Shown here one piece after another: positions 57,737 through 64,000 of a stretch of DNA of 64,000 nucleotides; positions within the stretch are counted from its first letter, which is position 1; each line of letters starts with the position of its first letter. The stretch covers positions 320,001 through 384,000 of the forward strand of contig JBMFNR010000001.1 in NCBI GenBank assembly GCA_049970055.1, in the 5' to 3' direction. The DNA comes from Fervidobacterium sp. GTDB lineage: Bacteria > Thermotogota > Thermotogae > Thermotogales > Fervidobacteriaceae. Made by a program: the position numbers and the translations under genes. Under the pieces are notes generated by a model that had not been told where the DNA came from, did not search any database, and saw nothing but the letters and a program-made list of their open reading frames with translations.

Positions 57737-60700
57737 TTATGCGAGCTTTTCTTTTTCTTCTTTTGCTAATCTTGGCGATTCTTCATATTGAACTGCTGCA
57801 AAAACATCAAATCCAGTTCCAGCTGGTATAAGTTGTCCAACTATAACGTTTTCTTTCAAACCTTTGAGGTAATCAATTGCACCTTTTATAGCAGCATCTG
57901 TTAATACCTGTTGTGTTTGCTGGAAGCTTGCGGCGCTCAACCAACCCTCGTATTCAAGAGATGCTTGCGTGATTCTAAGTAGTCTTCTTCTATACTTTAC
58001 CGTTTCCTTTGGCAAGATTTGGTATACCTCTTTCTCGTTTCTAGCAACTTTCACAGTAACGTCTTTTATTCCGTGTTCAATTAACTGTTCTAAAAGTTCT
58101 TCCGTAATTTCTTCTCCTTCCGCTGCAAGCTCTACAATTTCTCCGTTTTCAGCTTTTACGATTACGTGTTTGGCGAGTTCCCTTCCAATTACTTTCTTCC
58201 TGTTCTGTTCAACTTTTGCATTGCCTTCCATTATCTCTTTGTTTATTTTGTTGATCACGTTAATTGGCACGAGTTCACCAGGTAATAAGTGTGTATCCCC
58301 AGAATCAACAACCTCGACTTTATTGAGCATCTGTCTTATTATTAACTCAAAATGTTTGTCATGGATATCGACACCTTGTTGTACATAAACTCTCTTTATT
58401 TCTTTTAACAAGTACGTTGCTGTTTCTTCCGGCCCAAGTTCTTCCAGTATCTTTCTGACTTTCAAAGAACCACTCGTTAGGGATTGGCCAGGGAGTACTT
58501 TTTGTCCAACAGATACGTTGACTCTAACCCTTAATGGAACTTCATACTCGTGAATTGTTCCAAGCTCGTCTTGTATATAAATTTTCTTTGGTTCATCGTT
58601 TGATATATCTACAACAACACCTTTAACTTTAGAGAATATTCCCTCTGGATCTTTTGTCTTTTTCCTTGCTTCGAACAACTCTTCTACTCTTGGCAAACCT
58701 TGTGTAATGTCTGCTGTTGTTGCGATACCACCTGTATGGAATGTACGCATTGTCAACTGTGTTCCTGGTTCACCTATTGATTGAGCAGCAATAATACCAA
58801 CGGACTCACCAACGGTAACAATTTTGTGGTTCGATAAATCAAGACCATAGCATTTTGCACATACCCCGTTCTCTGACTCACAAGTAAGTACGGATCTAAC
58901 ATAAATTTCTGGTCTTACATATACGCTCTCAATATTGTTTTCTTCAAGTAATTTTGCAAGTGCGACATCAACTTGTTCCTCTTGTACAGCGATTTGCATT
59001 TTCTTATTCTTATCCCATACAACTTCTTCCGATACGACCGCTCCAACGATTGGGTAAAGCTTAATCTTTACTGCGCTTATACCGGCTTCTCTTAATTTTC
59101 TTACTACTTCCCAATCTATCTCTGTTTCAGAAGGTATTACTTCACTTCCGGTGTTAACATCTTCTGCAAGTTCTGCGTAGACTTCCGGAATGTTACCTGA
59201 ATTCAAATTAAGTATACTTTCCTCTACAACATTTACTCTCTTTTTATAGTTTGATAGGAATTTGGCATCTTCATCGAGTATCACAGTATCCCTGATGTAT
59301 GGCTTATTTGTCTCAGGGTTAACAAGTACATTTCCAGTACCTGGTTCGTAAATATCTTTTGCAAGTACTCTCCCAAAAATAAAATCTTCAAGCTTTTCGA
59401 CAACAAAATTATCAGAACTCTTGAGTAGTGCTGCTCGTACACCTTCGTGAGTCCCACAGTCAGGTTCCGTTACAATAACACTTTGAACAACATCTACAAG
59501 CCTTCTTGTGAGGTATCCAGCAGAACTTGTTCTCAACGCTGTGTCAGCAGAACCTTTTCTTGCACCGTGTGTACTGATGAAAAATTCAAGAACTGACAGA
59601 CCTTCACGGAAGTTTGACGTAATTGGTATTTCAATCGTTCTTCCCGATGGGTCAGCCATAAGTCCCCTCATACCGGATAACTGCTTCAACTGGTCTTTGT
59701 TACCCCTAGCACCTGAGTCTACCATTATGTAAACTGGGTTGAATGGATTTTCACCAAGGTACCGATATGTTTCCTCTTGAACCAAATTCGTTGCTTCAGT
59801 CCAGATTTTAATTGTCTCTTTATACTTTTCTTCATCGCTTAATAGACCTTCATCATACAATTTTTCGATGTACTCGATCTTTTTTAACGCATCCGATATG
59901 ATTTCATTTTTCTTAGGTGAAATCATGAAGTCTTTAAGACTAATAGTAAGCCCAGAGACAGTTGCGTAGTGGAATCCAAGGTCCTTTATACTATCAAGCA
60001 AATCAGCTGTTCTATCGATACCGTGTGTTTTAAATGTCTTGTAAACAACATCCTTTATTCCATTCTTTCCGAACGTTTTATTGTAATCTCTTAGTTCTTC
60101 TGGTACGATGCTGTTGAATATGACTCTTCCAAACGTAGTTTTAATAGGCTTATCATTAATCTTCACAACTATTGGTTCATGTAATTTAATAAAACCAAAT
60201 TCGTAAGCAATTTCAGCCTCTTCTGCTGAGGCAAATTTCCATTTTATATCTTCAACCTGAACTTTTTCGTAATTTTTATCCACCATCGTCAGATAGTACA
60301 CACCCGCTACAATATCTTTTCCAGGCATAGATATTGGCTTACCATGCGCTGGCGATATTATGTTGTATCTTGAAAGCATCAGCAACCTTGCTTCAGCCTG
60401 TGCAGCGGGCGATAACGGTAGATGGACGGCCATTTGGTCTCCATCGAAGTCAGCATTGAACGGCGGACAGACTAACGGATGCAATTGTATCGCATTTCCT
60501 TCTATAAGTTTTGGTTCAAACGCTTGAATTGACATTCTGTGAAGCGTTGGAGCTCTGTTCAGCAACACAACCCTGCCTTGAATCACCTTTTCAAGCTTTT
60601 CCCATGCTTTCGGGTCTTCCCTTTGGAGCTCTTTTCTGTATTTCTTTACCTTTGTCTGTGTTGCTTCAACGTTTTCTTCTTTTGAAAGTTCCGCAATAAC

Positions 60701-62689
60701 GAAGGGCTCGAATAGTTCGAGAGCCATCTTCTTTGGCAAACCACATTCATGTATTTTTAAATGAGGCCCAACAACGATAACTGCACGACCTGAGTAATCC
60801 ACACGTTTACCAAGGAGGTTTCTTCTAAATCTTCCCTTTTTTCCTCTTATAAGATCAGTTAAAGATTTCAAAGGCCTTCCGTTCCTATCAACATATGCTT
60901 TACCAATTTTTCCATTGAATATAAGGTTATCTACAGCTTCTTGTAGCATTCTTTTTTCGTTTCTTATTATAACCTCTGGAGCATTCATTTCTAGGAGCTT
61001 TTTAAGCCTATTATTTCTCATTATAACTCTTCTGTAAAGGTCATTTAGGTCCGTTGTTGCAAATCTTCCACCATCTATTTGAATCATTGGTCTTATTTCA
61101 GGGGGTACAACTGGTAGTACTTCAAGTACCATCCATTCGGGTTTAGTTTCACTATTTATCATATCTTTGACGATATTCAACTTTTTAAGAAGTTTCTTAG
61201 CTTTGACACTACTTTTTGGTATATTTTTTAGTTCCGATTCAATCTCGGCTTTTAATATTTCAAGATCAATCTGTTCAAGCAATTTCTTAACTGCCATTGC
61301 ACCAGTTTCCGCCTCGATTTTTCCCGGGTATATCATTGAATAAGCTTCGTAATCTTGTTGTGTGATTACTTGACCTTTCATGATTCCTGTTTCTTCCGAA
61401 ACTTCTGGATCTATGCTCGTTACGACCATTATTGGTTTGTCATTTTCTATTTGCTCCTCAACAATAAACATACCAGGATAATGTTCACTAAATAACTTGT
61501 ATTCTTCAAGAGTTAATTTCTCTTCCTCGAACAAGAATCTGTCAGCAAGTGTACTACCTTCATTAACTACTTCTCCATCTTGAACGTAAATCCAGGCACC
61601 TTCAAAAACTGGATACTGCTTCATTTGTTCGACATTTTCTATATAGATCGAACCTGTTGTCAAAACCTCGTAGAGTCCATTTTCCGTTGGTCGTAAATTA
61701 AGTTGTTTACTAAACCTCAATGTACCTGATGAAGGAGCTATTACACTGTGTAGCACCGACTCGGTTGTTAATTGTTGCCCCTTCTTTATCTTTTCACCGT
61801 TTCTTACAAGCGCCCTCACACCATATGGTAGTGAAAACGTTATTGGGGTGTTTTTACTTGTTGGAAGTGGATTCACTGTTATAGTCTCGGAGATTTCATC
61901 TACTTCTACAGTCCCATCGAATGGAGCAAAAATGGCTTCGATTCTTTTTTCAGAGACTATTTCATCACCTTGGTTGACATAGTCTCCATCTTTGAAATTA
62001 AGTATCATACCAGAATAAACTTTAAGCTCCACTCTCTTCACATTTCTAACAATTATCCAATATAAATCTCTATCCGTGTGCGTTTTTTCATGCTTCACAT
62101 GGACTTCCCCACTAATTTCGGAAACAAGCGGTGTCCTTGGTTCTTTTACAATGTAAGCAGGTGAAACTTCGAAGTTCCATTTTTTTGTGTATATTTCATA
62201 TTCTGTTTGATTAAGAATAGCACCTTTCATAAAAGGTGTATCTTTTGGATCCGTAACAATGACAACACGTTCGTTAACACGTCTGCTTCCAAAATAAACT
62301 ATGTTTTCTATATCTTTTACAGTCATGTCCAAAAGAGTTGCTATAACACTCGGTGAATTTTTAAGATACCAAACATGAGTAACTGGGGCGGCAAGTTCAA
62401 TATGACCGAATCTTCTTCTTCTTGCATCTTTTGATTCAACTCTAACACCACATTTTTCGCATACAGTACCTTCGTGTTTCTTACCGCTATATTTTCCACA
62501 AGCACATTCGTAATCTTTTACAGGTCCAAATATCCTTTCACAAAAGAGCCCGTCCCTTTCTGGCTTAAAGGTACGATAATTTATTGTTTCTGCTTTTTTC
62601 ACTTCACCACTTGACCAACTCCTGATCACCTCAGGTGAAGCTACTCTAACCTTTACATTTGCGATCTTTCTTTTGAAAGAAGAAGCCAT
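57737..62689 (-). CDS. rpoC: RNA polymerase beta-prime subunit
   Basis: [55 protein letters not shown]. Confidence 0.99.
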   Translation of the reverse strand: MASSFKRKIANVKVRVASPEVIRSWSSGEVKKAETINYRTFKPERDGLFCERIFGPVKDYECACGKYSGKKHEGTVCEKCGVRVESKDARRRRFGHIELAAPVTHVWYLKNSPSVIATLLDMTVKDIENIVYFGSRRVNERVVIVTDPKDTPFMKGAILNQTEYEIYTKKWNFEVSPAYIVKEPRTPLVSEISGEVHVKHEKTHTDRDLYWIIVRNVKRVELKVYSGMILNFKDGDYVNQGDEIVSEKRIEAIFAPFDGTVEVDEISETITVNPLPTSKNTPITFSLPYGVRALVRNGEKIKKGQQLTTESVLHSVIAPSSGTLRFSKQLNLRPTENGLYEVLTTGSIYIENVEQMKQYPVFEGAWIYVQDGEVVNEGSTLADRFLFEEEKLTLEEYKLFSEHYPGMFIVEEQIENDKPIMVVTSIDPEVSEETGIMKGQVITQQDYEAYSMIYPGKIEAETGAMAVKKLLEQIDLEILKAEIESELKNIPKSSVKAKKLLKKLNIVKDMINSETKPEWMVLEVLPVVPPEIRPMIQIDGGRFATTDLNDLYRRVIMRNNRLKKLLEMNAPEVIIRNEKRMLQEAVDNLIFNGKIGKAYVDRNGRPLKSLTDLIRGKKGRFRRNLLGKRVDYSGRAVIVVGPHLKIHECGLPKKMALELFEPFVIAELSKEENVEATQTKVKKYRKELQREDPKAWEKLEKVIQGRVVLLNRAPTLHRMSIQAFEPKLIEGNAIQLHPLVCPPFNADFDGDQMAVHLPLSPAAQAEARLLMLSRYNIISPAHGKPISMPGKDIVAGVYYLTMVDKNYEKVQVEDIKWKFASAEEAEIAYEFGFIKLHEPIVVKINDKPIKTTFGRVIFNSIVPEELRDYNKTFGKNGIKDVVYKTFKTHGIDRTADLLDSIKDLGFHYATVSGLTISLKDFMISPKKNEIISDALKKIEYIEKLYDEGLLSDEEKYKETIKIWTEATNLVQEETYRYLGENPFNPVYIMVDSGARGNKDQLKQLSGMRGLMADPSGRTIEIPITSNFREGLSVLEFFISTHGARKGSADTALRTSSAGYLTRRLVDVVQSVIVTEPDCGTHEGVRAALLKSSDNFVVEKLEDFIFGRVLAKDIYEPGTGNVLVNPETNKPYIRDTVILDEDAKFLSNYKKRVNVVEESILNLNSGNIPEVYAELAEDVNTGSEVIPSETEIDWEVVRKLREAGISAVKIKLYPIVGAVVSEEVVWDKNKKMQIAVQEEQVDVALAKLLEENNIESVYVRPEIYVRSVLTCESENGVCAKCYGLDLSNHKIVTVGESVGIIAAQSIGEPGTQLTMRTFHTGGIATTADITQGLPRVEELFEARKKTKDPEGIFSKVKGVVVDISNDEPKKIYIQDELGTIHEYEVPLRVRVNVSVGQKVLPGQSLTSGSLKVRKILEELGPEETATYLLKEIKRVYVQQGVDIHDKHFELIIRQMLNKVEVVDSGDTHLLPGELVPINVINKINKEIMEGNAKVEQNRKKVIGRELAKHVIVKAENGEIVELAAEGEEITEELLEQLIEHGIKDVTVKVARNEKEVYQILPKETVKYRRRLLRITQASLEYEGWLSAASFQQTQQVLTDAAIKGAIDYLKGLKENVIVGQLIPAGTGFDVFAAVQYEESPRLAKEEKEKLA

Positions 62690-62746
62690 TCAGTTTCCCT
62701 CCTCTTAACGTCGGGCAATTAACCATTCTATCGGGTTTATAAAAAC

Positions 62747-64000
62747 TTACAGCTTTTCAATATCTATTTCATTGCCGTGTTCATCGTAAACTCTCACGTC
62801 TAATGCAAGACCTTTAAGTTCGCGCACGAGCACTTTGAAACTTTCAGGTAATCCAGGTTCGGGCAAGTTTCTCCCTTTCATTATCGCCTTATAAACTTCC
62901 GTTCTTCCCTTTATATCGTCACTTTTTACCGTTAACATTTCATTGAGCGTGTACGATGCACCGTATGCTTCAAGAGCCCAAACTTCCATTTCACCAAACC
63001 TTTGACCGCCGAATTGTGCTTTACCACCAAGTGGTTGTTGGTGTATTAGTGAGTAAGGACCTGTTGCACGTGCGTGAATCTTATCCCTGGCTATGTGTAT
63101 AAGTTTCATGATGTACATGTAGCCAACCAACACTGGAAAATCGAATTCCTTACCCGTCCTACCATCTCTAAGTGTTACCTTTCCAGATGAATTCTCTGGG
63201 TCATCACCGTAATGCAGATTCACTGACTTTCTAACTCTGTACAATTCCGGCAATATATCCTCCTCTTTTGCACCGTCGAAAACCGGTGTTGCGAAGTATC
63301 TGTTTGTTAATTTAGCAAGCCACCCGAGTGATGTTTCGAGTACTTGCCCGATATTCATACGTGACGGGACACCGAGAGGACTAAGGACTACTTGGACAGG
63401 TGTACCATCTGGCAAGAATGGCATATCTTCCTTCGGTAGAATCATCGATACAACACCTTTGTTACCATGCCTACCAGCAAGTTTGTCACCAACATCAAGA
63501 GGTTTTCTCGTTGCAAGGTAAACTCTGATAAGCGTGTTAACCCCGGGTCCAAGTTCTCCGACCTCTTCCTTATGGAAAACGTGAACACCTATAACTCTTC
63601 CTTCAACCCCGTGAGGAACTCTAAGTGACGAATCTTTTACATCTTTACCTTTTTCACCAAATACTGACCTCATAATCTTTTCTTCAGGGCTTGCATCACT
63701 TTCACCTTTTGGTGTTACTTTGCCAACAAGTATGTCTTGCGACGTAAAGTATTTTTGCTTACCCACGTATGCACCAACTCTGATTATGCCGTTTTCATCA
63801 AGGTTTCTCAAGTTTTCCTTTGAAACATTTGGTATTTCAGACGTAATTTCTTCCGGACCAACTCTTGTTTCTCTAGCCGTGGTTTCATAGACTTCTATGT
63901 GAACTGAGGTGAATGTATCTTCTTCAAGAAGTTCTTCGCTAACTAGTATAGCATCTTCAAAGTTGTAACCTTCCCATGGTAAGAAAGCCACTAGGACATT
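62747..64000 (-). CDS. rpoB: RNA polymerase beta subunit, 3' part (truncated by window end)
   Basis: [42 protein letters not shown]. Confidence 0.99.
   Translation of the reverse strand, partial: NVLVAFLPWEGYNFEDAILVSEELLEEDTFTSVHIEVYETTARETRVGPEEITSEIPNVSKENLRNLDENGIIRVGAYVGKQKYFTSQDILVGKVTPKGESDASPEEKIMRSVFGEKGKDVKDSSLRVPHGVEGRVIGVHVFHKEEVGELGPGVNTLIRVYLATRKPLDVGDKLAGRHGNKGVVSMILPKEDMPFLPDGTPVQVVLSPLGVPSRMNIGQVLETSLGWLAKLTNRYFATPVFDGAKEEDILPELYRVRKSVNLHYGDDPENSSGKVTLRDGRTGKEFDFPVLVGYMYIMKLIHIARDKIHARATGPYSLIHQQPLGGKAQFGGQRFGEMEVWALEAYGASYTLNEMLTVKSDDIKGRTEVYKAIMKGRNLPEPGLPESFKVLVRELKGLALDVRVYDEHGNEIDIEKL

Noticed and set aside
57737..62689. Intein in rpoC
   Set aside because: No C/S...HN splice junctions or LAGLIDADG motifs seen; the extra length fits lineage-specific inserts.

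Overview
AT-rich bacterial chromosome segment, most likely Thermotogota (Fervidobacterium/Thermosipho-like). This is inferred from an ompA-ompB type toga gene pair, an Mbx/MBS operon ending in a ferredoxin-GltD fusion, a short Mfd and a long RpoC. Most of the window is core genome: eno, murD, csp, pdxST, methylmalonyl-CoA mutase, prfB, minDE, ftsY, mnmA, hpt, rsmG, queD, rpoC, partial rpoB, tRNA-Pro(GGG) and tRNA-Leu(CAG). The most striking unannotated structure is a ~9.1 kb block (9321-18404) bounded by an exact 34-bp direct repeat that is itself a bidirectional terminator. It carries an intact HAAT/Liv amino-acid ABC transporter with two binding proteins and, divergently, a decayed proA-proB-proC operon. 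Also notable: a 13-gene Mbx/MBS complex with a fused NAD(P)H-flavoprotein module and a Rex-like box, an AcpS-FolK fusion, a candidate toga/secondary-wall-polymer gene cluster, and recurrent 9-12 bp tandem micro-repeats in intergenic spacers. I saw no CRISPR array, transposase, integrase or rRNA. All protein calls come from motif recognition by eye, not database searches.
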